51,508 bases of DNA from the NCBI GenBank assembly GCA_029938605.1, contig JAOZUO010000002.1:11365-62872 (forward strand). Direction: 5' to 3'. The translations under genes and the position numbers were made by a program. Shown here piece by piece: positions 15,770-25,600 of the stretch; position 1 is the first letter of the stretch, and each line of letters opens with the position of its first letter. The notes under the pieces are model-generated. The model did no database searches and had not been told where the DNA came from. It was given only the letters and a program-made list of their open reading frames with translations. The DNA is from Deltaproteobacteria bacterium. GTDB taxonomy: Bacteria; Myxococcota_A; Polyangia; HGW-17; JAJRWW01.

Positions 15770-17725
15770 TTAGATGCTGAGCTCTTCCATCTTTGTCTTC
15801 TTGGTCAAAAAGTCGAAGAAGATTCGACTGACGAAGACACCGGTATATACTGAGCAGATGATGCCGATGAGCAGGGTCACCGCGAAGCCCTTGATGGGGC
15901 CTGAGCCATACTGCGCCAGAACGAATCCGGCGATGGCGGTGGTGACCTGTGCGTCGATGATGGTCCAGAACGCGCGGCTGTAGCCCGCGTCGATGGCGGC
16001 CCGTGGCGTCTTGCCCAGGCGGAGCTCTTCGCGGATGCGCTCGAAAATGATGACGTTGGCGTCCACCGCCATACCGACTGTAAGCACAATGCCCGCGATG
16101 CCCGGCAAGGTCAGGCGCGCCTGGTAGGCGGCGAGGATCGCCAGCACGAACACCAGGTTCAGGGTCAAGCAAATGACCGCGATGATGCCCGAGCCGCGGT
16201 AGTACACTGCCATGAACAGCACCACCAGAATCGACCCAATGAGTAGTGCCATTTCGCCCTTGGCGATGGCGTCGTGCCCCAGCTTCGGACCCACCTGCTG
16301 CTCGAACTCCAGGCTCATGGGCGCCGGAAGGGAGCCCGCCTTGAGGATGGAGGAGATGTCCTTCGCCTCCTGCTGGCGCTCCCGGGCCGACTTCATGCCG
16401 CCCAGGGTGATCTGCCCGCGGGCGCCGATCTCGGACTGGATGACCGGCGCGGACTTGACGATCTTGTCCAGGATGATGGCCATCTTGCGCTGGATATTCT
16501 TTTTGGTCAGGGCGCGAAACTTCTTCTCGCCGGCCCGACCGAAGCGGAAGGTGACGATGGCCTGGCCCTTTTCGTCATAGGTCACGCCGGCGTCGTCGAG
16601 GTACTCACCGGTGACGCCCGCCACCCGGTGCAGGAAGTAGGTGCGAAGCACCGAGGCCTTCTTGTCCGTGGACTTCTGCTTGCCCGGGCGGTCCGGCGGA
16701 CCGAAGCCCACATCACGATCGTTGGGGATCTTGTAGGCGGCCAGGGCCGGGGTCTCGTTGAGCTTGCGCAGGAAGTTCTCCACAGTGGGCTTGATGGACG
16801 TAGGGAACTGGCAGTAGACGTCGTACCGACGACGGCCGCCGCGGGTTACTACGTCACCCACCTTGACCTTGAGCTTGGCCAGGTTCCGGTAGGCCGGACG
16901 CCAACGCCACTTCTTGCCCGTGGGGTTTTCCATGAATACGCCCACCACCTCCGCCGGGAGCTGGGATCGACGCCTGTTCTCCTGGAGCCCTACAATCAGT
17001 GTGGCGATCTTCTCGAACTTCGCCGAGCCATCGTCCACGATCTTGAACTCCAGCCGGGCGGCCTGGCCCAGGCGATCCTTCACGCGTTTGATGTAGTCGC
17101 CCGAGAGACCGGGAAGCTCCACGATGATGCTGTCCTCTCGGCGCATCACGTCCGCGCCGGCCACACCGAACTCATCCACGCGGGTCTGGATAGTCTCCCG
17201 GGCTTGGCGCAAGGCGTCGTCCTCGATCTTCTTGGACTGGTCCGGGTCCATGCGGAACACGGCGCGTCCGCTGGACTTGGACATGGAGACCACCGAAACC
17301 ACCGGTGTTTTGGTCTCCATGTAGCCGCCATTCTTGGCTGCCGACTTGGCGAGAGTAATGTACTTCTTCGCCTTGCCACGGCAGATGACCGTCACCTCGG
17401 AGGCGTCGGCCTCCACGGAGAGGAGGTCCTCCATGGCGTCGTCCTTGGACCGCCCGAGGGGTTTGCGCATCTTCTCAGCCATTCGAGAGCGGATGTCAGC
17501 GCCAATGCGCTCCATCTTTTCCTCGATGGCCACGTCGAGATCCACGTGATACTCGAGGTACACGCCGCCCGCGAGGTCCAGGCCTTTGAGAATCTGCTTG
17601 TTGAAATTACGGGTGAACCAGGTCGGCAGGCTCTCCTTGCTGACCACCGAGGGCAGCAAATACGCCGTTGCGGTCACCAGCAGGAATCCGAGCAGCGCGA
17701 GCCTCGGCCAGAGCTTCTTTTCCAT
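15770..17725 (-). CDS. secD: Protein translocase subunit SecD
   Basis: GLDLAGG, RVDEFGV, MAIILD...SAPVI, LKAGSLPAP, GMAVDANVIIFERIREE, GPIKGFAVTL. Confidence 0.96.
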   Translation of the reverse strand: MEKKLWPRLALLGFLLVTATAYLLPSVVSKESLPTWFTRNFNKQILKGLDLAGGVYLEYHVDLDVAIEEKMERIGADIRSRMAEKMRKPLGRSKDDAMEDLLSVEADASEVTVICRGKAKKYITLAKSAAKNGGYMETKTPVVSVVSMSKSSGRAVFRMDPDQSKKIEDDALRQARETIQTRVDEFGVAGADVMRREDSIIVELPGLSGDYIKRVKDRLGQAARLEFKIVDDGSAKFEKIATLIVGLQENRRRSQLPAEVVGVFMENPTGKKWRWRPAYRNLAKLKVKVGDVVTRGGRRRYDVYCQFPTSIKPTVENFLRKLNETPALAAYKIPNDRDVGFGPPDRPGKQKSTDKKASVLRTYFLHRVAGVTGEYLDDAGVTYDEKGQAIVTFRFGRAGEKKFRALTKKNIQRKMAIILDKIVKSAPVIQSEIGARGQITLGGMKSARERQQEAKDISSILKAGSLPAPMSLEFEQQVGPKLGHDAIAKGEMALLIGSILVVLFMAVYYRGSGIIAVICLTLNLVFVLAILAAYQARLTLPGIAGIVLTVGMAVDANVIIFERIREELRLGKTPRAAIDAGYSRAFWTIIDAQVTTAIAGFVLAQYGSGPIKGFAVTLLIGIICSVYTGVFVSRIFFDFLTKKTKMEELSI

Positions 17726-17737
17726 CGCCTTGTTGTC

Positions 17738-18223
17738 CTATTTCTTGGAGTCGCCAGAGCCGCCCGCCTGCTTGCCGGCGATGTGGCTGCGCATGATCTT
17801 CATCCGGACCTTTTCTTGGACCTCGATCACGGCGTACTGATCAGTCAAACCGGTGATTTTACCCAGGATACCACCCGTGGTGATGACCTGGTCGCCCTTG
17901 CGAAGGCCGCCCAGAAGCGTCTGATGCTCTTTTTGCTTCTTTTGCTGGGGGCGGATCAGGAAGAAGTAGAACACCACGAACATGAGCACCAGCGGGAGCA
18001 TTGTCGTAAGAGGGCTACCACCGAGACAGCCGCTCTTGGCCTTTTTCTTCTTCTGGGCCGAAGGCTGCGTGGTGCCGGTCTTCATGCCCTTGGCGCCGGA
18101 AGCACCCATGGCCGGTCCGCCCGTAGACGGTGCGCCGCCCGTGGCGGGACCACCCATGGCAGAGGTGCCCATGGCGGGCATGTTCTGCGCTTGGAACAGA
18201 TCTCCAATGTCGATACGTCTCAA
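17738..18223 (-). CDS. yajC: Preprotein translocase subunit YajC with low-complexity N-terminal extension
   Basis: FYFFLIRPQQKKQKEH, LRKGDQVITTGGILG; directly upstream of secD; start uncertain. Confidence 0.92.
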   Translation of the reverse strand: MRRIDIGDLFQAQNMPAMGTSAMGGPATGGAPSTGGPAMGASGAKGMKTGTTQPSAQKKKKAKSGCLGGSPLTTMLPLVLMFVVFYFFLIRPQQKKQKEHQTLLGGLRKGDQVITTGGILGKITGLTDQYAVIEVQEKVRMKIMRSHIAGKQAGGSGDSKK

Positions 18224-18477
18224 AACCTAGGCCTCCATAAAGTGATTTGGGCTAAGGGGTTAGGCCATAGTCCAGTCTATATAGGATGGCAACGTGTAGC
18301 AGTTAAGCCCCGGCCGGTCAACCCTTTCCTTGGGCACCTTCGGCGGGGGATCCGGAGTCCCTTCAGAATTGGCGCATACCTGCGAAAAGATGGCGTTTCA
18401 TGGCCGATTCACCAGGTCGGATTCAGGGCTCTTTTACCCTGTCAAAAGCCCCCTTTTCTCGGCAGGTGTGATGCTAG

Positions 18478-18635
18478 TTCCTCGACCCGGAAGTCTGTTC
18501 CAGATTTCGACGGTTCCGAACGCCGATGGCTGCGTTGCTCCTCAGTTGAGTACTCCCGGTACGCGCCCTCGTCGCGCCTTGCCCTCGCCGCCCGGCCCTC
18601 GCCGAAAATCCGGAACGCTTTTCCGGGTCGAGGAA
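18478..18635. mobile_element. MITE-like non-autonomous element (158 bp)
   Basis: Perfect 15-bp terminal inverted repeats TTCCTCGACCCGGAA with imperfect extension to about 30 bp; CTAG on both sides (18474-18477, 18636-18639); core similar to the 7074-7232 element. Confidence 0.8.
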
Positions 18636-19643
18636 CTAGCCCCCATGCTCTACGAACCGTTCGATGGCCTCGGTGAGGTACTCGCTCAGGCGGGCCTCCC
18701 AGTGGTCGCGGTGCGGCGACTCGAAGCGCATATTGAGTCGGTACACGAAGACGTGGGTGACCCGGGAGGTCCAGTCGGTTTTGCGGCGGGGATCCGGCGG
18801 TGGGCCGGTGAGCAGCAGCGGGATCCAGGGATCCACTCCGTCGGCCACCAGCTCCTCGGGAGGAACTTCCCGCACCAGCACCTTTGCCTCGTCCACCACA
18901 TCCAGGAAGTGCTGGTCCAAGGCGTAGATCACCGCCTGGCACACCTCGGCCAGGAGCCGGGGCTCGGGGAGGCTCGCATCTTCAGCCAGGGCCAGCTCCG
19001 CCTTGCGTACCTGGAGCGACAACCCGATGGCCTTGGGCCCGTCTCCGCGCCGCTCGGCGATCTGCGCCAGGCTGTACAGGGCGTCCGGCGGCGGGTCGCC
19101 CTGTTTGATCACTGGCGCCAGGGCTATCTCGGCCAGGTCCAGGTCGTCCAATTGCACCGCCAGTTTGCCGGCCTGCATCTGCTGGTCACGCATGGTGAGC
19201 ATCTCAGGACGAACCAGGCCCAGCTTGCGCATGGCGCTCTGGTCGTCTCCGGCGATCAGGAGCAGATCCACATGCAATAACACCGCGTCCACCCACTCGG
19301 GGGATCCCGGATCCACCAGCTCGTAGGCCTCGGTGAGGCGCTCGATGGCTTCGGTCGCGCGCTCCGGATCCGTACCCAGGGCCTCGGCCGAGTAGACGAT
19401 GGGCGCCAGGAAGTCCGGATCCAGCTCCCGGGCTCGATCGAAGGCCTCCAGCGCGTCCTCCGTGTCATGCTCGCCCATGGCCGCCAGCCCGATGAGGGTG
19501 TAGGCGTCCGGGCTCTCCGGATCCAGGTCCAGCACCTGGCGGGCGGAGAAGGCCGCCTTACGAAAGGACTTCTGCTCGATGAGCGACCATCCCCGGTCCA
19601 GGTGCGCTGAGATCTGGTCCATACCGTTTTCGGATCCGTTCAT
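18636..19643 (-). CDS. TPR-repeat protein with a degenerate C-terminal minimal zincin-like domain
   Basis: Several TPR motifs (LDLDPESPDAY, ARELDPDF, PDALYSLA); C-terminal VLVREVP...DPWIPLLLTG...VFVYRLN resembles Zincin_1 but lacks HExxH. Confidence 0.75.
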   Translation of the reverse strand: MNGSENGMDQISAHLDRGWSLIEQKSFRKAAFSARQVLDLDPESPDAYTLIGLAAMGEHDTEDALEAFDRARELDPDFLAPIVYSAEALGTDPERATEAIERLTEAYELVDPGSPEWVDAVLLHVDLLLIAGDDQSAMRKLGLVRPEMLTMRDQQMQAGKLAVQLDDLDLAEIALAPVIKQGDPPPDALYSLAQIAERRGDGPKAIGLSLQVRKAELALAEDASLPEPRLLAEVCQAVIYALDQHFLDVVDEAKVLVREVPPEELVADGVDPWIPLLLTGPPPDPRRKTDWTSRVTHVFVYRLNMRFESPHRDHWEARLSEYLTEAIERFVEHGG

Positions 19644-19704
19644 GCCGATACCATTAACCCTCTTACGTCACGGCCGGAGACAATCCCCCATCCCATCGGC
19701 CTCG

Positions 19705-21069
19705 TCAAGGGTCGTGCAACAGGTCGTAGGCTTCGTCCACCAGGATGAGTCGTTGGGTCAGGGTGTCGGCGAGGTGGCTGCCCAGGTGATTGTAGTGGGC
19801 GGCGTGCAGCTCGGTGCGTAGTGACCGGTAGGCGGCCTCGAGCGCTTTGGCGGAGTCGTCCGGGGTGACGTTCAGCAGGGATCGGGCGGTCTCCTCGTCC
19901 AATTTGGACGGGGTCGCGTGGGCGGCCAGGGCGGCTTCGTAGAGGTTGGCGTTGACGTCCAGGAGCTTTGCCATGTCTTCGAGGACGGCCCGCTCCTCGG
20001 GGACGAGGATGCCGTCTGCGGTGGCCACCGCCAGGGCGGCGACGATGAGGGACTCGGCCGGGTCGGGGATCTGGGCCACCTCGGCGGCGATGCGGTAGCG
20101 CAAGACCACGTCTTCGAGGGGCTCGGGCGGGTGGTCGTTTGCCGACGTGATGACCAGATCCCGCTCGTAGTCAGACAGATTCATGTTGTTGCAAAGTCGC
20201 GAGATTTTGGACAGCTCACGACGATCGCAGTGTCCATCGGCGCCCATGACCCGCACCAGGAGCGCGAGCAGGTTGTGGTAGTAGGCCTCCAGGGGGTCCG
20301 ACTTGTCCGGCGTGGCGATCTCCTCGTCCACCTTGCGCAGGGCCAACCCCGACCCCCAGAGGACGGCGCAGGTCACCACCGCGTAGATCATGAGGTACCA
20401 CTGGAGGGTGACCACGGAGGCCAGGACGATTACGATCGAAAAGAGGATCATCCAGCCCAGGGCGCGCATACGGTGATGCCGGATGGCGTAGGCCAAACCC
20501 AGGTTCGCCACTCCCTGCCCGATGAGCGCCAGGCTGAAGATGTGCAGCCGCAGCTCTCCGCCGATGCGGACGTTCAGCGCGTCGGCATTGACCAGCGTTA
20601 AGAACCCCGTCACCAGCTCCAGGAAGGACAGCGCCACCAGGAGCCCCACCAGCAAATGGATCCACGATGAGTGTACGAAGCGCCCCCGGTTCGGGTGGTG
20701 CGCCACGATGGCGGCGGTGTCGTCCGCCGCTGCCCCACCTTCGATGTCCAGCGCTGCGTCATCGAACACCATCGCCATTTTGCGATATCGACTGTAGAAA
20801 AGAAACGGCATCACCATGCCCAGGATCATCAGGATCACCGACGGGAAGATCATGGTTTGGGCAAAGGAGGTCGCCTTGTCGCTCGCGAAGATCCCCATGA
20901 CCACGCCGAAGAAGCCCAGCAGCAAGACGATACCGCACATGGCTGTTTGCACGCCGTACGCTCTCCAGAACCCCGGTCGGTGTACGATCTCGGTCACCAC
21001 GGGCAGGGTGTCCCTGGCGGAGAAGGAGGAGCGGATTGGGGGTGGGCGAAGTCGCTTGAGCCTGAACAT
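19705..21069 (-). CDS. Multi-pass membrane protein with TerB-like domain and degenerate J-domain (DjlA-like)
   Basis: About six hydrophobic helices; VMGADGHCDRRE and VATADGILVPEE (TerB); ARSLLNV...AAYRSLRTELHAA...VDEAYDLL (J-like). Confidence 0.75.
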   Translation of the reverse strand: MFRLKRLRPPPIRSSFSARDTLPVVTEIVHRPGFWRAYGVQTAMCGIVLLLGFFGVVMGIFASDKATSFAQTMIFPSVILMILGMVMPFLFYSRYRKMAMVFDDAALDIEGGAAADDTAAIVAHHPNRGRFVHSSWIHLLVGLLVALSFLELVTGFLTLVNADALNVRIGGELRLHIFSLALIGQGVANLGLAYAIRHHRMRALGWMILFSIVIVLASVVTLQWYLMIYAVVTCAVLWGSGLALRKVDEEIATPDKSDPLEAYYHNLLALLVRVMGADGHCDRRELSKISRLCNNMNLSDYERDLVITSANDHPPEPLEDVVLRYRIAAEVAQIPDPAESLIVAALAVATADGILVPEERAVLEDMAKLLDVNANLYEAALAAHATPSKLDEETARSLLNVTPDDSAKALEAAYRSLRTELHAAHYNHLGSHLADTLTQRLILVDEAYDLLHDP

Positions 21070-21112
21070 GGTGCTCCCTACTGGGGCTCGTTTTCGACCG
21101 AGTTGTTGTTCA

Positions 21113-21898
21113 TCAGCGTCCCTTGAACTTGGCGTCCCGACGTTCGATGAAGGACATCATGCCCTCCATGGCGTCCTCGCTGGCCATGAGCCGTTGGGTC
21201 TGTGTGTACAGATCCTTCAGGGCCGCCTCCTGGCCCTCCTCCAGCGCCACGCGCGCCGACCGCAGCGACGCCTGCACCGCCAGCGGCGCCCGGGAGGCCA
21301 CCTTCCGGGCCATGGCCATGGCGCGATCCTGGAGCTCGTCGGGAGCCACCACCTCCTGCACCAGACCGATGCGGTAGGCCTCGGCCGCGTCGAGCTCGTC
21401 CCCGGTCAGCAGGTACCGCATGGCGTTGCCCCACCCGGCCATCTGCGGCAGCCGCAGGGTCGCTCCGCCAAAGGGCATGATGCCGCGTTTGACTTCGAGC
21501 TGCGCGAACTTCGTTCCCTCCGCCGCCAGCCGGATATCAGAGGCCAGCAGCAGCTCCACGCCGATGGTGAGACACCACCCCTGGACCGCGCAGACCACGG
21601 GCTTGGTCCGCTTGGGGGGAATCAGGCCCATGAAGTCCATGGCGTCGGTGGGAACGAGCTGTTCCCCCGCCGCTACCCGCGGCCCCACGTCCGCCAGGTC
21701 CAGCCCCGCGGTGAAGTGGTCGCCCTCGGCGTACAGCAGCGCGCACCACGCCTCCCCGTCGGCCTCGAAGGCCGTGTAGGCCCGCGCCAGCGAGTGGAGC
21801 ATCTCCATGGTAAACGCGTTGCGTTTACCCGCCCGGTTCAGCCCAATACGAAACACATGGTCCTGTCGCTCGGTGAGGATCGTCGCCGGTTCACTCAT
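21113..21898 (-). CDS. Enoyl-CoA hydratase/crotonase family protein
   Basis: LNRAGKRNAF, FTAGLDL, KPVVCAVQG, ELLLASDIR, LEVKRGIMPFGG; start ATG 21898. Confidence 0.92.
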   Translation of the reverse strand: MSEPATILTERQDHVFRIGLNRAGKRNAFTMEMLHSLARAYTAFEADGEAWCALLYAEGDHFTAGLDLADVGPRVAAGEQLVPTDAMDFMGLIPPKRTKPVVCAVQGWCLTIGVELLLASDIRLAAEGTKFAQLEVKRGIMPFGGATLRLPQMAGWGNAMRYLLTGDELDAAEAYRIGLVQEVVAPDELQDRAMAMARKVASRAPLAVQASLRSARVALEEGQEAALKDLYTQTQRLMASEDAMEGMMSFIERRDAKFKGR

Positions 21899-22039
21899 GG
21901 TCGTCTCATTTCTCCGTCGAATGGAAGTGGTGGGGACGGCCAAGGTTGTGTCACGAAAAAGCGCGCTTGCCCAGAGAAGAGGGAGGGGCGTGGGGCTCCG
22001 GCCAAGGGGGCGAGGTGGGCCGTGGTCCGGGGCCTTGGG

Positions 22040-22318
22040 TCAGGCGCCGTTGAGCCAGTGGCGGTACTCCTCGGGGGAGAGGGGCGCGCCGTCCTCGGCG
22101 GCGAAGGCCTGGGCGGCCTCCACGCAGGGCGAGGGCTTGGTGTCGTCGAGGTCCGCGGTTTCGCAGGCGCAGAGGGTAGCCACCCAGCCTGGGCCGTCAT
22201 CGTCCGTGCGATGGCCGTAGCCCAGGTAGAGCACGTCTTCGGGGTTGCTGCCGATCTCTTTGCCGCAAGAGAAGCACAGGGGCGCGCGCGTCCAAGCAGT
22301 GTCTGGTTTGTCCGTCAT
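22040..22318 (-). CDS. Small acidic Cys-containing hypothetical protein
   Basis: GGAG before ATG 22318; host-like codon usage; CFSC...CAC...PC. Confidence 0.55.
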   Translation of the reverse strand: MTDKPDTAWTRAPLCFSCGKEIGSNPEDVLYLGYGHRTDDDGPGWVATLCACETADLDDTKPSPCVEAAQAFAAEDGAPLSPEEYRHWLNGA

Positions 22319-22622
22319 GCTCACTACTCCCGTGGCCCCAAATTCTGGCGGGGCTCTGATCCGAGTGTACCCAGGTGACGCCCGTGGGCGACTTTTTGGG
22401 GGTTTGTCCGAACCCGGAGTCGTCGCCCTACGAAGTAGGTCGTTCGTCCCCCAGGCGAGGGGCACTATTGACGAGGGTTGGTGGATTCATGTTTACTGGC
22501 AGGCTAGCGTCGGCCGGAGGTGGGCAGACCATTGTTTGGGCACAGCCGTTGTACTTTGGGGCTGTGCTCTCCGGATGGTTCCTCTGGAGGGCGGTGATGC
22601 TTCGGCCACACAACGGGAGACG

Positions 22623-25600
22623 ATGATGAGAAAGTTTCAGCTTGTGGGTTCAGGTGGGTCGACGATGTCAGCGGCGACGGCGGCGGCGACGATGACGGTG
22701 ATGGCCATGGCCTTGGCCCTGGCCTTGGCCTCGGGAGGTTGTCCGACGAAGAAGAAGCCGCGCCTGGGGGTGTTGGTGGAGGATGCTTTGCTGGTTGGCG
22801 ATGGAGCGCCCGCGGGGGTGGCGGTGACTAGCGGGGGGCTGACCTTCCGGTTGGCGGAGGGGCAATCTCCCCATGGCCCGGCGGCGAACAACCCACTGGA
22901 TCCGGGGAAGCCGCTGTCGGCGGCGCAGACCAAGGCGTTGCTGGCGAGGGTGGGCGCGGTGGTCATGAAGGCCGGGGACCAGTCGGCCTTCGCGTTTCGC
23001 GCGCGATCCTTGCCACCGCCCCGTACGGGCAAGACGGTCAAGGGCGTGTTCCCGCCGCCCATCAAGCCTCAAGTGGTGGACGTTAAGAAGGGCGGCCCGC
23101 TGAAGGTGCTGCGCGGCTCGCCGGTGGGCGACGTGCTCATGGCGCCCAAGCTGAGCGTGACCTTCAACCAGCCCATGGTGGCGGTTACGTCCCACGCCGA
23201 CACCATCGCCAAGGGTGTGCCGGTGACGTTGACGCCGTCCATCAAGGGCCAGTGGCGCTGGATCGGTACGCGTACGTTGCTGTTCGAGACGAAGCTGCGT
23301 TTCCCCATGGCGACGGCGTTTACCGCTACGGTGGGCGCGGGCACGAAGTCCGCGAACGGAGGGGTCCTGGCGGAGGCCAAGACCTGGAGTTTCTCCACGC
23401 CGCCGCCCAGGCTCCTGGGGCGGTATCCGAGCCACGGCCCCCAGCGGTTGGATCCGGTGTTTTTCCTGGGCTTCGATCAGCGCATCGATCCCGACCGGGT
23501 GCTGGCCAAGGTCGTGCTGTCAGGCGGCGGCAAGCAGGTCGCCTTGCTGCGGGCGCCGAAAGGGCGCATCGTCGGGGATAAAATCCTCGCGGCCCTGGTG
23601 AAGGGATCGGAGCGGGCCAAGCACAAGTCCCGTTGGGTGGCCTTCGTGGCCACCGAGCGGCTCACTCCCGGCACCTCTTACACGGTTACCGTGGGGGAAG
23701 GCACGCCCTCGGCCGAGGGGCCCCTGACCACCAAGAAGGATCAGACGTTCACCTTCAAGACGTATGATCCGCTGAAGGTGCGTTGGCGGAACTGCGAGGA
23801 GAAGGTTCCCTGTCGGCCGCCGACGGGCTTGATGATGCGGTTTAACAACCCCCTGGACGAGAAGGTCTTTGACGCCAAGTCTCTTACGGTCACGCCGAAG
23901 ATCCCCGACATGCGGATCGTCGCGCGTGGCTCTTCGCTGTATGTCTACGGGCAGGTCAAGGGGAGGACCACCTACAAGGTCACCCTACCCGCGACGCTCA
24001 AAGACACTTTTGGTCAGACCCTCGGTGCGGACCAGACGCTGAGCTTCTTCCTCAAGGACGCCCGGCCCCGGTTGATGTCCAACTACAAGGGTATGGTGGT
24101 GCTCGACCCCAAGGGCGACAAGGTCTTCCGGCTGCACTCCATCAACTACAAGCAGCTCCGGGTGACCATTCGCCGGGTGCAGGCGTCGGACTGGTCTGCC
24201 TACCTCGATTACCAGCGCAAGTACCGGAGAATCAAGGACGTGCCGCCCATGCCGGGCAAGCTGGTCGTCGCCAAGACCCTCACGGTGAAAGGCTCTCCGG
24301 ACCAGATGGTGGAGACGGTGATCCCGCTCAAAAAAGGGCTCAACAAGCAGGGCCATGGTCAGCTCTTGGTCCAGGTCTCGAATTGGCCCCTTCCCGAGAA
24401 GCGGTATTTACGGAAGTACCTCCTCGCCTGGGTCCAGGCCACAGACCTGGCCGTGGACGCCTTCGTGGATCATACGCACCTGCTGGGTTGGGTGACCCGG
24501 CTGTCGGACGGCAAGCCCGTGTCGGGCGCCGAGCTCTCCATCCGGCCCACGGGGGTGAAGGGTACGTCCGGCGGCGACGGCCTGGCGAAGCTCGCTCTGG
24601 CGGGCTACGACAAGGACATCAAGCGTCGGGTGCTCGTGGCCAAGACCGCCACCGACGTGGTGCTGCTGCCCGAGAGCCGCTACTACTGGGGCAGCGGCTA
24701 CTGGTACAAGCGCACCAAGCCCGGCGAGAGCCTGCGCTGGTTCGTCTACGATGACCGGAAGCTGTACAAGCCCAAGGAGGAGGTGCGGCTCAAGGGGTGG
24801 GTGAGGCTGGTGGACATGGGAGCGAGCGGCCGCATCCGGCTGCTGCCCCAGCCCGCTCAGAAGGTGACCTGGACGGTGCTGGGCCCCCGGAACAACAAGG
24901 TGGCCAACGGCACCGCGGAGATAAACGCCCTGGGCGGGTTCAACCTCAAGTTCAAGCTGCCCGACAACGTGAACCTCGGCCGGGCCAGGGTTTCGTTGCG
25001 TGTCCCCGTCGCGGCGTCCGGCAGCAACCACACCCATCGCTTCCTCATCGCGGAGTTCAAGCGGCCCGAGTTCGAGGTGTCTGCGCAAGCCAGCACCGGG
25101 CCGCACATGATCGGCAAGCACGTCGACGTTCAGGTCAAGGCCAGCTACTTCGCAGGCGGCGGGCTTCCCGGTGCCAAGGTGAATTGGCGCGTGACCGCGA
25201 GCAAGGGCTCCTACACGCCTCCCAACCGGAGCGGCTGGACCTTCGTGGGCTGGGCGCCGACCTGGGGGCGAAAGACCAAGGTGCGTTCCAAATCGGAGGT
25301 GTTCTCGGGGATCACCGACAGCCGGGGCGCGCACAGGGTGCGCATTCACTTCGATGCGGTGGATCCGCCGCGGCCCATGAGCGTCACCGCGTCGGCCACC
25401 ATCACCGACGTGAATCGCCGCACCTGGACCGCCAGCAAGGCGCTGGTGGTGCATCCGTCGAAGCTCTATGTGGGGATGCGCACCAAGAAGTACTTCGTGC
25501 GCCGGGGGACGCCCATGCAGGTGGAGGTCATCGTCACGGATCTGCAAGGCAAGGCGGTGTCCGGCCGGGTGGTGGGCGTGCAGGCCGTGCGAAAGGAGTG

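Noticed and set aside
16274-18676. 800-aa plus-strand ORF and other long antisense ORFs (e.g. 1332-2639, 4932-6446, 7505-8743, 24408-25808, 27210-28652, 36548-38017)
   Set aside because: Shadow frames opposite well-supported genes, expected at high GC
22245-22622. N-terminal extension of the macroglobulin ORF; similar extensions on the acyltransferase, larE, nitroreductase, lipoyl fusion and second methyltransferase
   Set aside because: Longest-ORF artefacts; downstream starts fit the RBS, signal peptide or operon spacing better
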